Source: a virus
Strand: one strand, 5' to 3'
IMG/VR virus record: IMGVR_UViG_3300010970_000172
Coordinates: 1 to 63,260 of that record
Length of the DNA stretch: 63,260 nt
Below, one piece after another: positions 8,915-19,046 of the stretch. Positions within the stretch are counted from its first letter, which is position 1. Every line of letters starts with the position of its first letter. Made by a program: the position numbers and the translations under genes. The notes below the pieces were generated by a model that made no database searches, was not told where the DNA came from, and saw nothing but the letters and a program-made list of their open reading frames with translations.

Positions 8915-10468
8915 TTAATTAACCCACTTGACGTGTTTAACTTTATTATCTGCTGCCACTTGCTTCCATTTATCTCCTTCCTTGAAAGAGCTGTCTAAGT
9001 ATATTGTACTTGTAGCTCTATCAATATCCCCTGTAGTTGGGGCTAAAGTTTTAATTTCCATTGGAGTTCTATTGTAAGCATCCAAAGCTTTATTTACATA
9101 AATTTTTTGTTTAGCTGGGATTACAGCTTTAGCTCCATTAAATGAAGATTTATTGTATGAATTTACAGGGATTTCAACTGGTTCAAATCCTGACAATGTA
9201 CTTTGATTTGCTTCTAAATAGCCCATTGACCGTGGAGCTTTGTATCCAGAATAATATTCTTTACCGTTTTTCCATACAATACTGTTTGCAATAAAATTAA
9301 CAGGTTTCCCTGATGCATCCTTGCCTATCATTGGAATTCTCTTTCCGATAAATGCGGTTTTAGTGTTAGATGATGCATTAATATCTACTACATCGCCACC
9401 AAAATCATTCATCTGCTGCATTTCTTGGTAGTTCTTCGCTGTAGTAGACTTTGACGCAGCAATTGCGGCTCTATCTTTGTCATTCTGTAATTGTATTTCC
9501 GTATCAATATTTCCAGCTTTAGCCTTAGATACTTTAGCGTTGCTTTCAATTGTAGATAACTCATTCTTATCCTTAAGAAGAACTTCTTTACCAGCTCTAT
9601 TATTGTTCTCAACGTATCTTTGTAGTTGATTTGCTGCTAATTGGCTATCCGACAACATTGATGCTTCTGGTCCCATCTGTGCCCTTATTGCGTCAAGAGC
9701 AGGCTTTCCTTGAGTTTTAAATGCTTCAATAGCTTGCTGTATTTTAGATGTCATTATTGGAGACCCATCTGGCTTTCTCATTGGCTGTCCATCAGGTCCA
9801 ATCATAGGAGTGGCACCTGTTTCAACAAATTTACCCGTAGCCTTATCATATTGATATCCTGAAACTTGCATTCCACCAACTTGATATCTGTTGCCATCTT
9901 TTTCTACCGTTTCTGTGAATTCGGTAGCAGGTAAGAGTTGTTTAAATAAATCTCCTGAAACTTTAGTAGTATTCACATTTTTAGTGTAAGCGGCTTGCAT
10001 TTGTCTTCCCATATCTGCTGCAGATAAATTGTTTGGGTTTAACAAGATGCCTCTTAAGTCACTCAATGTAGTGGTTAGGCTTGTTAAATCATCCTTAGAA
10101 GCAAGAGATGTTTGTGTCCAATCCTTTAACATTTGAGTACCAGCCTCAAGAGCTGATTTTCTGTTTTTGATTTGTGTAACTTCGCTACGAATGTTACCTA
10201 ATGCTGAATAGTCTAACTTACCATTTTTAATAATGTCTTTTGCAGCCTTATTCATCAAGGCATTTGTTTTGCCCGTAATTTCTTCTTGTCCGTACTCCCC
10301 TAACTTATCAGTTAATGCATCGATATTCTGAAAAGTCTTTTCAGCAGTAACATAATCGTTCTGCTTTTGAGCGATTATTTGAGCAAATGCATTTCCAAGT
10401 CCAGCTTGAAATTGAGCAAACCCTTTATTAATCGTTTCGGTGGGATCGTATAAAAATGATTCTGCCAT
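8915..10468 (-). CDS. Hypothetical virion protein, 517 aa, mostly helical (putative internal/ejection module)
   Basis: Track ORF. It lies immediately upstream of the giant gene in the same operon. No recognisable motif. Confidence 0.5.
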   Translation of the reverse strand: MAESFLYDPTETINKGFAQFQAGLGNAFAQIIAQKQNDYVTAEKTFQNIDALTDKLGEYGQEEITGKTNALMNKAAKDIIKNGKLDYSALGNIRSEVTQIKNRKSALEAGTQMLKDWTQTSLASKDDLTSLTTTLSDLRGILLNPNNLSAADMGRQMQAAYTKNVNTTKVSGDLFKQLLPATEFTETVEKDGNRYQVGGMQVSGYQYDKATGKFVETGATPMIGPDGQPMRKPDGSPIMTSKIQQAIEAFKTQGKPALDAIRAQMGPEASMLSDSQLAANQLQRYVENNNRAGKEVLLKDKNELSTIESNAKVSKAKAGNIDTEIQLQNDKDRAAIAASKSTTAKNYQEMQQMNDFGGDVVDINASSNTKTAFIGKRIPMIGKDASGKPVNFIANSIVWKNGKEYYSGYKAPRSMGYLEANQSTLSGFEPVEIPVNSYNKSSFNGAKAVIPAKQKIYVNKALDAYNRTPMEIKTLAPTTGDIDRATSTIYLDSSFKEGDKWKQVAADNKVKHVKWVN

Positions 10469-10480
10469 TATTTTGTAGTG

Positions 10481-11377
10481 TTATTCCGTAGGATATTGTA
10501 TATTGTTGATTTCAGACATATCCAAAGGTGGAGTCCAATAAGTAGATTTTGTTGCCGCTGGGTTGTTTTGCAAGAATTGCGTACCTAAATCCAGATTCTT
10601 ATTTCCATACATTTGCTGTAATTGAGCCATCTTCATATTCTGCATACCCATAGCAAGTAATCCGCTACTCATTCCTCCTAAAGTATTACCTGCTCCCATA
10701 TACATTGCATCGTTAGCTTTGTTAACAATTCCCGCAGCAGATAAGTCTAACTGCATCCCTTGTGTTCCAAGATTCATCTTACCCATAAGGTTTGATTGCT
10801 GAACACCAAGTATACCTTGCTGTCTTGACGCTTGACTTGCATATTGTCTGTATTTTTCCATTGCTCCACCAGCAGCTGATTGCCCAAGTGCCGCTAATTG
10901 ACTTTGTCTTAACTGAGCGATGTTTGCCAAAGCGTATTGTTGTGAGTTAGCAATTGTACTTGCCTTTTGATTTCCAGCCAACTGTTGCCCGCTTAATAAT
11001 TGAGCAGCCATATCAGCCTTAGATAAACCTAATTTACCAGATGCTTGAACCATATTTGCAAACCCTTGGTCTGCTTGGTCTAACTGATATTGGTCTAAAG
11101 CGTTTCTTGTTGAGCCTTGAGCTTGTGCAAGGTTCTGAGATGCCTTATCAGTCATAGCATTGTACCCACTCATATCAGCTTGATATGTAGGCACTCCCAT
11201 TGCTGTAGCTTCAAGCCCTTTAGCTCCTGTATCGAATAAGGCATTTTGGTTAACATTAAATAGGTTAACCTTCTGTTGTTGTTTTACTGCATTTGATGCA
11301 GCACTATTAGCTCCAAGGACAGACATTAATCCTTGTCCTGCTGTTCCAATTAGCGATGCAATAGTTAACGGATCCAT
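10481..11377 (-). CDS. Gln/Ala/Gly/Met-rich low-complexity protein (putative internal virion protein)
   Basis: Track ORF, 298 aa. Composition and position are between a large structural protein and the ejection-like proteins. Confidence 0.45.
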   Translation of the reverse strand: MDPLTIASLIGTAGQGLMSVLGANSAASNAVKQQQKVNLFNVNQNALFDTGAKGLEATAMGVPTYQADMSGYNAMTDKASQNLAQAQGSTRNALDQYQLDQADQGFANMVQASGKLGLSKADMAAQLLSGQQLAGNQKASTIANSQQYALANIAQLRQSQLAALGQSAAGGAMEKYRQYASQASRQQGILGVQQSNLMGKMNLGTQGMQLDLSAAGIVNKANDAMYMGAGNTLGGMSSGLLAMGMQNMKMAQLQQMYGNKNLDLGTQFLQNNPAATKSTYWTPPLDMSEINNIQYPTE

Positions 11378-11387
11378 ATTTTATTAT

Positions 11388-14300
11388 TTATGAGTGACCA
11401 GATACTGGTGCAATTTCAACATCTATAGAATTAATACGCATATTCTGCGTTTTATCCTTTAAAGTTACAACAAATTTATTAAGATAGCCAACAATGTAGT
11501 CACCTTCTATTATAGCATTTGTCATAAGCAAGCCTGCCCTATAAGATAATTCATTGCGTAGGATATACGCATACAAGCGATTATCCTCCATTAGGAAATT
11601 TGATTCAACTATTGATGTCGATTGCCCATTCTCGTTTGTTATGTTAATTGACAATAAATTTGATTTAACGCTATTGGATTGTCCCCAATCAATAACATTC
11701 ATATCGTGCGTTATAGCCACATTTAATGGCATAACAGGAACTCGACTATTTAGCATTAATGATATTGAACCATCATAAGATGCATTAAGTAAATACCCGT
11801 AATCATTAGTGGTAGTATTGTCGACTGGCTTGTACATAACCCCACTCTTAAATATCACCATCTTATCACCGTAGCTTTCCGCAAAATCTGTACGGAAATT
11901 ATAATTTTCTGCTATCCAACGCTGTAATACATCTGACCAACCAGCGGAAACCGTTTCGCTTCCAAACCCAATAAAACACATATTGTAGAATGGGTCATAT
12001 GCGAAAGTAGCCTTACCTGATTTACCTAAGAAATACGACCGCATATAGATATCACTCGGAATAACAAGTCCATCAGTAGTATATTTAACTACTTTTTTGT
12101 TGAAATCGTCCCACCACCAAATCATACCTTTGTAGTTCATCACAGATTCTTTGTGTAACATACCAAGGTTGTTCCCAAAGTTTCTAATTGTACCAATCAT
12201 ATTGGCTGTCAATGACCTAATAGCAGAGTTATTTCCTTGCGATAACTCTTGCTCGCCAAGCATAATGTATGCCGATTCTTTTTGACACAACACAAGTAGC
12301 ATAGAACCATTACCTTGTAGGCGAGAGGCTCTCTGCAAAGATGTAATAGCTCCATTCTCAATAGCTACATCGTTGCTATCAGCTGCGTAGAAACTATTTA
12401 CATTATTAATACTTGTCCCTGCTACATAATTGCCACCGTAACGAATTGTATTTGTTCTACGAGGGTTAGATAGCGTATTAGTAATAATTGATGGCTTACC
12501 CGCAGATGTATACCATTGAGGGTAAGATGTAGCGTTAGAAGCCGAACGAATCAGAACCTTTGTAGTTGTAGTTGAAACTTTAGCATTGTTATTGTAAGTA
12601 GTTGTAACTTTTGGGGTAGTTCTATCTCCATTAATAGTAAACTTAACCGCTGCTCCAGTTGCTGGTTTTTCTATTGTAAATACAGCATTGTCGCAGTCAC
12701 CCAATAGTACAGGAGAGACCACTATTTCAATGTAGAATTTATCATTAGGATTTATGTCTTTTACATCATTAGGCATAGTCAATGTTTGGCTTGCCGTTAG
12801 CGAAGATGTTGTTGGTGTTCCGCTAATTCCGCTTCCAACAACCCCACCCAAAGATTCAGTTGACTTAACAAATTTCTCTACCTTCCCATAAATATTCTTA
12901 ACATTGTCGTATGGTATTCTGTATAGTTGTGCACTAATACTTAAGCTTAAGCCTCCAGATGGGGATGAAACAGAATCGTAAGTTAACGTGTGAGTAAGCT
13001 TAAAGCTGTAATCAATAACAATTCTATTTATGTCAGCGTCTTGTTCTTGTTGCTCATAATATCCAGTTAACTTAAATGCTGGTCCCGATGATGCAGCGTT
13101 CCCATCTTTATCTAAGATTACTGCTCCATCTTGGTTTGTCCCAAAAGATGTCCACTTAGGATTTAACTTAAGTTCAATCGTTTTTGGTACACTATTTTTA
13201 TTCGCATTGTAATCTGCTGTAGCGGTGAAATTCACATTTTCCGCAGTATCTGCCATAGAGCAATAAACCTCAGTAACCCTGTCTTCTACTACATAATCTT
13301 TTGATGGAACTGGTTTTTCAATATTATATAAGAAAGGGGCATTTGAGTATGTAGGCAAATCTAATGTAGTAAATACTGTATCCCCAATCAGCTTGGATGT
13401 AGTAGCACTATTCAATGTACCGTTACCTTGAAATGTCTTAACTAATGGAGATGCAAGTGGAGTTGTTGTTGACCCCCACCCTGTAATGTCAACTAAATTA
13501 CCATATTCGTAGAATACAAGCGACTCATCTTCTTGAATTTGCTTAGGAGAATATAACTCAAAAAACAATAATTTTGGGTCAGGTGTCTCAAGGTTTGTCA
13601 TTGCACCCCCATTGTATAGGCAGTACACAAGATTGTTATCTTGATGATGCACCTTCATATCAAGCAATCCATTTGGAGATGGAGTGTTGATTGTAATTCT
13701 ATCCCCCTCTTCAAATGTGTATACTCTACCAGCACGATACATTCCCATTAAGTCAACAACGAAATACTGAATGTCTTTCAACTGATCAGTAGTTACCGAC
13801 TGGCTTACACCCGAAACAACTGTAGTTTCCTTTGTTGTAGGGTTTGTTTCTGTACGATTAATCTGAAAGTATATGTTACTTGCAAAACCCTCGTAGAAAT
13901 AAGATTTAGATGTATTCTTGGTATATACTAATTGTGCATACTTTGCCCAACTTGGTCTTAGCCATCCCGCCTTGAATTCAACAGAAACAGTAGGTACTAA
14001 AGGATAGGCAAATTTACCCGTTGTAAACTTTACAAAGTTTTTCTCTACACCTCTTGTCTTTAGTGCCGAATCGTAAAAAGCAATACCCGCAGCATAAACA
14101 GAGTTATTTGCAAATGGCTTTACATATTCTGCACCTGCATATGTTGTCTCAGAGCTTGTTGGAGATGTTAATCCCACGCCACTAATATATGTATTCGCAG
14201 CACCTCCCGTTGGCAATGAGTATCCAGTTGAATCGGCTGTAATTGCAAAATTCAAGTTAGCCGCTACAATATCGTAGTCGTCTTTAACGTCAGCTAAAAA

Positions 14301-15158
14301 TATTCTGTTCTTTGCAATCTCAATATGTTTTGCGTTTACAGGAACCGCATCATAAGGGCTACCTGTAGTCACAACATCTAAGCTTTCGTAAGTTTGACCC
14401 GACCAAGTAAATGTAGGAGTACCTGTTGCATCTTGTGTGTCAATTCTTCTCCAAATACCATTGTTTCCTACACGAACATACACTTCAACTGAATCAGCAA
14501 AGTATGGCTTATTTGTAAAGTCGTAAGATAAGGTATAAGAAACTGTCCCCTTTTCACCTTTGTACATTTGACTGTAGTTGCCAAGTACAGAGTATTCGTT
14601 AGAAGAGTAATGGTATCTGCTTGCAAACTGATAATCGTTACTTTCAAGTAAATCTACTCCAGCTCCAATATTCTTCTTAAAACTAACAACATTATTTGGA
14701 GTATCTTTTTGAAGCTTTAAATCTAAAATAGTTCTGGTCCCTGACAAAGCAGTAGCAGTAGGGCAAATAAGAACCGTTCCTTCTTCAGCGTAGTTCCAAA
14801 CTACATTAGAGCCAATAACCTTAATGTCGGGGGTAAATGTTGTTGTAACTAAATGCGTATAAGTTACAAGTGCAACAGATGAATCTAAAGTGGTAGGTAC
14901 TTTATAAATTGTAGCCGTAGTCCCGTTGTCAACAAGAACAAATATTGTTCCATCAACATCTTGAGTTGTCTCCTTAATATTAGAAAACGTAACCCCTGTT
15001 GTACGGATTGATTCAAGCAAACGGATTGCTCCAGCACCCCCTGATTTACCAGAATCGAATACTATATTAGATGCTGATACATAATCGCCTTGAGGCAAGT
15101 TATTTGGGTCAACATCTTTATTTAAACCCCCTGTTGCGGTGAGACTTACTCTGCTCAT
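11388..15158 (-). CDS. Large virion structural protein, 1,256 aa (putative tail or nozzle component)
   Basis: Track ORF. Called on size and position in the late operon. No enzymatic motif seen. Confidence 0.5.
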   Translation of the reverse strand: MSRVSLTATGGLNKDVDPNNLPQGDYVSASNIVFDSGKSGGAGAIRLLESIRTTGVTFSNIKETTQDVDGTIFVLVDNGTTATIYKVPTTLDSSVALVTYTHLVTTTFTPDIKVIGSNVVWNYAEEGTVLICPTATALSGTRTILDLKLQKDTPNNVVSFKKNIGAGVDLLESNDYQFASRYHYSSNEYSVLGNYSQMYKGEKGTVSYTLSYDFTNKPYFADSVEVYVRVGNNGIWRRIDTQDATGTPTFTWSGQTYESLDVVTTGSPYDAVPVNAKHIEIAKNRIFLADVKDDYDIVAANLNFAITADSTGYSLPTGGAANTYISGVGLTSPTSSETTYAGAEYVKPFANNSVYAAGIAFYDSALKTRGVEKNFVKFTTGKFAYPLVPTVSVEFKAGWLRPSWAKYAQLVYTKNTSKSYFYEGFASNIYFQINRTETNPTTKETTVVSGVSQSVTTDQLKDIQYFVVDLMGMYRAGRVYTFEEGDRITINTPSPNGLLDMKVHHQDNNLVYCLYNGGAMTNLETPDPKLLFFELYSPKQIQEDESLVFYEYGNLVDITGWGSTTTPLASPLVKTFQGNGTLNSATTSKLIGDTVFTTLDLPTYSNAPFLYNIEKPVPSKDYVVEDRVTEVYCSMADTAENVNFTATADYNANKNSVPKTIELKLNPKWTSFGTNQDGAVILDKDGNAASSGPAFKLTGYYEQQEQDADINRIVIDYSFKLTHTLTYDSVSSPSGGLSLSISAQLYRIPYDNVKNIYGKVEKFVKSTESLGGVVGSGISGTPTTSSLTASQTLTMPNDVKDINPNDKFYIEIVVSPVLLGDCDNAVFTIEKPATGAAVKFTINGDRTTPKVTTTYNNNAKVSTTTTKVLIRSASNATSYPQWYTSAGKPSIITNTLSNPRRTNTIRYGGNYVAGTSINNVNSFYAADSNDVAIENGAITSLQRASRLQGNGSMLLVLCQKESAYIMLGEQELSQGNNSAIRSLTANMIGTIRNFGNNLGMLHKESVMNYKGMIWWWDDFNKKVVKYTTDGLVIPSDIYMRSYFLGKSGKATFAYDPFYNMCFIGFGSETVSAGWSDVLQRWIAENYNFRTDFAESYGDKMVIFKSGVMYKPVDNTTTNDYGYLLNASYDGSISLMLNSRVPVMPLNVAITHDMNVIDWGQSNSVKSNLLSINITNENGQSTSIVESNFLMEDNRLYAYILRNELSYRAGLLMTNAIIEGDYIVGYLNKFVVTLKDKTQNMRINSIDVEIAPVSGHS

Positions 15159-15182
15159 TTCTTAAATATTAAAATGACAATA

Positions 15183-15941
15183 TTAGTTCTTGATACTTCC
15201 GTGAATTCCTTTTCTTATTAAGCCAATAATTTCAGCATAATCCATTGAATTCATTCTTGCTCTAAATACTCTGCGAGCATTTTCAAAGTCTTGCTTTGCT
15301 AACTGAAACAAACCAATTCTTGCTCCATCAGCAGCAGAAGCCATCATTTTAATGTATTTAGTAATTACATCAATAGCGTATGGCGTAACAAGGTTAGCTG
15401 TAGACTTCGAAACAGAAGATGTGATATAGGTCAATGTAACTTCAGTAAGAGACATTGTATTACAAAATACAAGTTCGGAATTAGTAGTATCAATATCGTA
15501 TGTTAGCAAAGGTTTGCGTTGCTTTCCATAATATCGACCAACTAACTCTCCTCTTGTGTTTAAATTATTGGCACCAGAAATTAAGTTATAGTTAAATTCT
15601 GAGTCGTAGTTAATGTTACTATCTGTAGGGTAAGGAATCTTATTGCCCGCCTCGTCACGATTGTAGTTCTTGTTTAAAGTTCTATCCCGCTCCATTGGAA
15701 GCAATCGCTCTCCGTGCTTTGCAGAAACATCTACTACGTCAATAAAATCTGTTGGCAATATAGCTCTTTGATAAGATGTCGTACTTAATACAACACTCTT
15801 AACATTCCCCATATCGTAGTCCATCGAAAGCTCATCTAAGATACGAAGAGCGTGATGTAAGTAGCGTGTATAATAATGTAATGGTAAACCGTTATCTAAT
15901 AACGCATCCCTAACGATTATATTTATAGATTTAGTCTTCAT
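15183..15941 (-). CDS. Hypothetical structural protein, 252 aa
   Basis: Track ORF, tightly packed in the late operon. Confidence 0.5.
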   Translation of the reverse strand: MKTKSINIIVRDALLDNGLPLHYYTRYLHHALRILDELSMDYDMGNVKSVVLSTTSYQRAILPTDFIDVVDVSAKHGERLLPMERDRTLNKNYNRDEAGNKIPYPTDSNINYDSEFNYNLISGANNLNTRGELVGRYYGKQRKPLLTYDIDTTNSELVFCNTMSLTEVTLTYITSSVSKSTANLVTPYAIDVITKYIKMMASAADGARIGLFQLAKQDFENARRVFRARMNSMDYAEIIGLIRKGIHGSIKN

Positions 15942-15943
15942 CT

Positions 15944-16597
15944 TTATTGTTGTTGTTGAGTTGCCATTTCAGCTTGAGCGACACGTCCATTACTAATAAC
16001 AGCAAGCACTTCATTAATTACGGCGGTTTCAACATCTGGAGAAATTGGCAATAAGTCAGTATCTGTTAATTGAGAGAAATCAGCTACTAATAAATTCACA
16101 AGAACACTTGAGATGCTACCATTTGCTGACAATGTAATATCCTTTGTAAAGTAAACCTTTGTTCCTTGTAAGTAATATCCAACTTGCCCTTCCAAATAAC
16201 TAACATTTGTTCCGCTTGCAATTGAGCCAAAAACAAGCACATCTTGAGCGGGAATTGGAATATAAGGTGTAATTGCTGCATTAGTAGCACTAATACTCCA
16301 AATCCCTAAATCCATTGGTAAGGATAGAGGGATTGCAGGCAATGTGATATATGACCTGCTATTAGTAGAGTCCGATGTAACTGTTCTCGTATACTGAATG
16401 ATGTTACACTTTGGTACATCAATGCTGCCCGCTTTAAATGACTCAGCTACTTGTAATTTAAGTACCTTGTTAAGAGATTGCTCTACAAGTAACTTAACCT
16501 CACGCAAGTCAATTACATCCGAAGGATTATCTTTATCGAGAAACCTTGCGTAGATTCGCTGGGCTTGTTCTGCTATCTTATATTTTGTAGTTGCCAT
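15944..16597 (-). CDS. Hypothetical structural protein, 217 aa
   Basis: Track ORF. Its start and stop abut the neighbouring genes. Confidence 0.5.
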   Translation of the reverse strand: MATTKYKIAEQAQRIYARFLDKDNPSDVIDLREVKLLVEQSLNKVLKLQVAESFKAGSIDVPKCNIIQYTRTVTSDSTNSRSYITLPAIPLSLPMDLGIWSISATNAAITPYIPIPAQDVLVFGSIASGTNVSYLEGQVGYYLQGTKVYFTKDITLSANGSISSVLVNLLVADFSQLTDTDLLPISPDVETAVINEVLAVISNGRVAQAEMATQQQQ

Positions 16598-17274
16598 TAT
16601 CGTTCGTCATTTTTTTGGTTAACATCCATCATGCCCTCTATATTAGCCACATCGCCATCTTTCAATGTGATACCCAAGTACATTAATGCACGAGTCACAA
16701 TATCAGAATAGTATCTGTCAGCAACATCGATATCTACATTCCCCGATGAAGCAGCTGATATGTTACCGTTAACTACTACTGCATTATAAAATGCTGTAGC
16801 TGGCTTTCTCATATAAACAAATGTAAAAACGTAATTACCCGATGTAGGTATCGGTGCAAATTCAATTTTCGCAGTTCCCGTAGTGTCAAGATATATAGTC
16901 GCAGCAGGGTAAGCACGATCAGGAGCAAGAATCGAACTATTTTTAATTTCAAGAAATTCATCCCACGAGTATAAAGTACCCTCAATTTGGACTGTGTTTT
17001 CATTGGTGTGATATATAGTTAGACCCTCTACATAATCGGTAGGTAAGTCTTGCACACTTGTAGTTGGCGATACCGTAAAGGTTGCTCTCTTAACAAGTAA
17101 GTGGTCGTATTCGAACTTTCCAGTTTTGTGGTATTTATAGATAACGGCACTCATCCAATCAGCAACACCTCTGTTGATTGCTCTATCTATATCCTTTGGG
17201 GAGACAAAACCAGCTTTATTCTTTTTAATGATGCTGCGAATGAAATCGTGAGCATCAACTATAGAAATTGCCAT
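16597..17274 (-). CDS. Hypothetical structural protein, 225 aa
   Basis: Track ORF. Preceded by a TAACTTTG -7-like box (17298..17305, minus strand). Confidence 0.5.
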   Translation of the reverse strand: MAISIVDAHDFIRSIIKKNKAGFVSPKDIDRAINRGVADWMSAVIYKYHKTGKFEYDHLLVKRATFTVSPTTSVQDLPTDYVEGLTIYHTNENTVQIEGTLYSWDEFLEIKNSSILAPDRAYPAATIYLDTTGTAKIEFAPIPTSGNYVFTFVYMRKPATAFYNAVVVNGNISAASSGNVDIDVADRYYSDIVTRALMYLGITLKDGDVANIEGMMDVNQKNDER

Positions 17275-17388
17275 TGTATTTTATTTTTAATTTAGACCAA
17301 AGTTAATCATTTTTTTATTATATACGAGAATCCCCTGACTCATAGAATCAAGGGATTTACTTGAAAATCAAAATGAAAAAAAACGTAC

Positions 17389-17589
17389 TCAAATCTTGTC
17401 GACTAATCGGCTTATCTTATTTGCTATTTTAGTTTCTAAATCAAACTTTAAATCGTGGTCTTCTATCATCTCAATTGGCTCTATAAGCTCAATGAGAATA
17501 GCCAACTTAGTGTCAATCATAGCTATCTTTTTTACTTCAGCTATTTCTTGTTCGCTATAGTTGTCTTGGTTTAGATGGTAATGGCTCAT
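17389..17589 (-). CDS. Hypothetical protein, 66 aa
   Basis: Track ORF. Its start overlaps the stop of the upstream 45-aa ORF (ATGA). Confidence 0.45.
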   Translation of the reverse strand: MSHYHLNQDNYSEQEIAEVKKIAMIDTKLAILIELIEPIEMIEDHDLKFDLETKIANKISRLVDKI

Positions 17590-17723
17590 TTTCCTTGCCC
17601 TTGGTAGGGTTTTTTATAGTTCTTAGAAGTCTTTGATGACGATGATTTTGTCTTAGCGTGGACTCCTTTATTACTCTTTTTAGCCTTCGGCTTGAAATTT
17701 GCTGTTGCTATTGCTTTTGCCAT
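17586..17723 (-). CDS. Small Lys/Ser-rich basic protein, 45 aa (below the track cutoff)
   Basis: Manual translation: MAKAIATANFKPKAKKSNKGVHAKTKSSSSKTSKNYKKPYQGQGK. It has a TAATG overlap with the upstream gene and an ATGA overlap with the downstream gene. Confidence 0.4.
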   Translation of the reverse strand: MAKAIATANFKPKAKKSNKGVHAKTKSSSSKTSKNYKKPYQGQGK

Positions 17724-18181
17724 TATCGAGGGAATATAAACTTGAAATAAAGATAAAGCAAAATGATTAAAGTTTCAACAAATAGTGCAATAATTATCCA
17801 AGAAGGTATAATATTCTTTACAATGACTTTTTCCACAACAGAAGTGCTTCTGCCAATTTCTTTGATTTTAGTGGAATCGATAATAGACGACGTAGTTGCA
17901 GTCGCCATAACAGATGCGACAATGTTATTGTTCTTGCTTTGAATTTGAACTTTTCCATTTGGTATAGAGATTTGTGCATAAAACGAATTAATGATTCCTG
18001 AGCTGTCGCAAGGGTTGAATATAACAATAGAATCTTTCTGTGGAACAGTTCGTATTACCTCTCTGTAACGCAAGAATGTATCTATTCGTACAGATTCTTT
18101 GTTTGTGTACGATGTAGCCTTGCGTGTGCAAGAGCAAGTAATCACCGCAAATGCGGCAATTAGAAGTGTTAATCGACTCAT
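17723..18181 (-). CDS. Unimolecular-spanin-like protein (N-terminal lipoprotein signal plus C-terminal TM helix)
   Basis: The internal start MSRLTLLIAAFAVITCSC overlaps the endolysin stop (ATGA). The C-terminus is IIPSWIIIALFVETLIILLYLYF. It lies directly after the endolysin. Confidence 0.45.
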   Translation of the reverse strand: MSRLTLLIAAFAVITCSCTRKATSYTNKESVRIDTFLRYREVIRTVPQKDSIVIFNPCDSSGIINSFYAQISIPNGKVQIQSKNNNIVASVMATATTSSIIDSTKIKEIGRSTSVVEKVIVKNIIPSWIIIALFVETLIILLYLYFKFIFPR

Positions 18182-18624
18182 ATTTTTGATAATTGAAAGT
18201 GCATTCCATCTTTGCGAGTCCAAGTCCCGCCCCAATCAAATCCGTTATTTGTAAAACACGATACAAATAATTTAGACAACTTAGGCTGTTGATTCAATCC
18301 GTTTTCAAACGCATTAACATCTATTGCAATAGCCCAAGAGTGAAGGCTCATTGAAGCCAAGCCTCTTTTCTTTCTGATATTAAAGCATCCATCCCAAGTC
18401 TTCAACTCAGTAACACATCCTGTAGAGATAAGAGCTTTGAACGCTGCAGTTAATGGTGCTACCATATCCTTATTGCAATAAATCCTTTTAGGAATTACCC
18501 CAATTTCAAGCTCAGATGGAACATCCCATAATATTAAATTTGGATTAGTCTGACTCGGATTCCCGTACTTTTTTTGAGCTTGTTGGCTTGTTACCATAAT
18601 CTTGTTTTTTATTTCTTTCTGCAA
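18178..18624 (-). CDS. Endolysin, peptidase M15 (VanY / L-Ala-D-Glu peptidase-like)
   Basis: SLHSWAIAIDVN (S-x-H-x-x-G-x-A-x-D-type motif) and GFDWGGTW..DGMHFQ. Flanked by membrane proteins and a spanin-like gene. Confidence 0.8.
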   Translation of the reverse strand: MQKEIKNKIMVTSQQAQKKYGNPSQTNPNLILWDVPSELEIGVIPKRIYCNKDMVAPLTAAFKALISTGCVTELKTWDGCFNIRKKRGLASMSLHSWAIAIDVNAFENGLNQQPKLSKLFVSCFTNNGFDWGGTWTRKDGMHFQLSKI

Positions 18625-18802
18625 ATTTAGATGCTGTTGCGTTAATTAATGATCCCGAAAGTAAAATTGTCATTAAGTCTTGAATACCATCATTATCTGG
18701 GAAACAAATAAATACCCCAAAAACGCAAAACGACCCAATTATCGAAATGAGTCGTGTGTGAGAGTAGTTACCTTTGCTATCCTTAAAGAATTCAATCAAC
18801 AT
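18545..18802 (-). CDS. Membrane protein, 85 aa (holin or antiholin candidate)
   Basis: Two hydrophobic segments (LISIIGSFCVFGVFICF and LMTILLSGSLI) and position in the lysis cassette. Confidence 0.4.
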   Translation of the reverse strand: MLIEFFKDSKGNYSHTRLISIIGSFCVFGVFICFPDNDGIQDLMTILLSGSLINATASKFAERNKKQDYGNKPTSSKKVRESESD

Positions 18803-18995
18803 CTTTTTTAGATTTAATCACCTCCTCTGTCTTGTACCAATAATATCTTATTGCAAATCCTGCCGAAATAATACCCATTATACCAGCAAATATGCTTACG
18901 GTAATTTGGATGTTAGCAAGTGCCATCGAAGCAGCAGCACCAGCAAATGCTAATATGATATTTAGTATGCCAACCGAAGGATGATTCTCGTTCAT
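18792..18995 (-). CDS. Holin candidate, 67 aa, two TM helices and a charged C-terminus
   Basis: VGILNIILAFAGAAASMALA and VSIFAGIMGIISAGFAI, followed by a KTEEVIKSKKDVD tail. A canonical promoter lies directly upstream. Confidence 0.5.
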   Translation of the reverse strand: MNENHPSVGILNIILAFAGAAASMALANIQITVSIFAGIMGIISAGFAIRYYWYKTEEVIKSKKDVD

Positions 18996-19015
18996 TTATT
19001 AAATGTATTACCTAA

Positions 19016-19046
19016 CAAAGGTAAAACATATTGAATTTAACGCAAA
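19016..19046 (-). promoter_or_regulatory. Bacteroidota-type promoter TTTG-N19-TACCTTTG driving the lysis cassette
   Basis: On the minus strand, TTTG is at 19046..19043 and TACCTTTG at 19023..19016. The -7 box ends about 20 nt upstream of the ATG at 18995. Confidence 0.55.
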
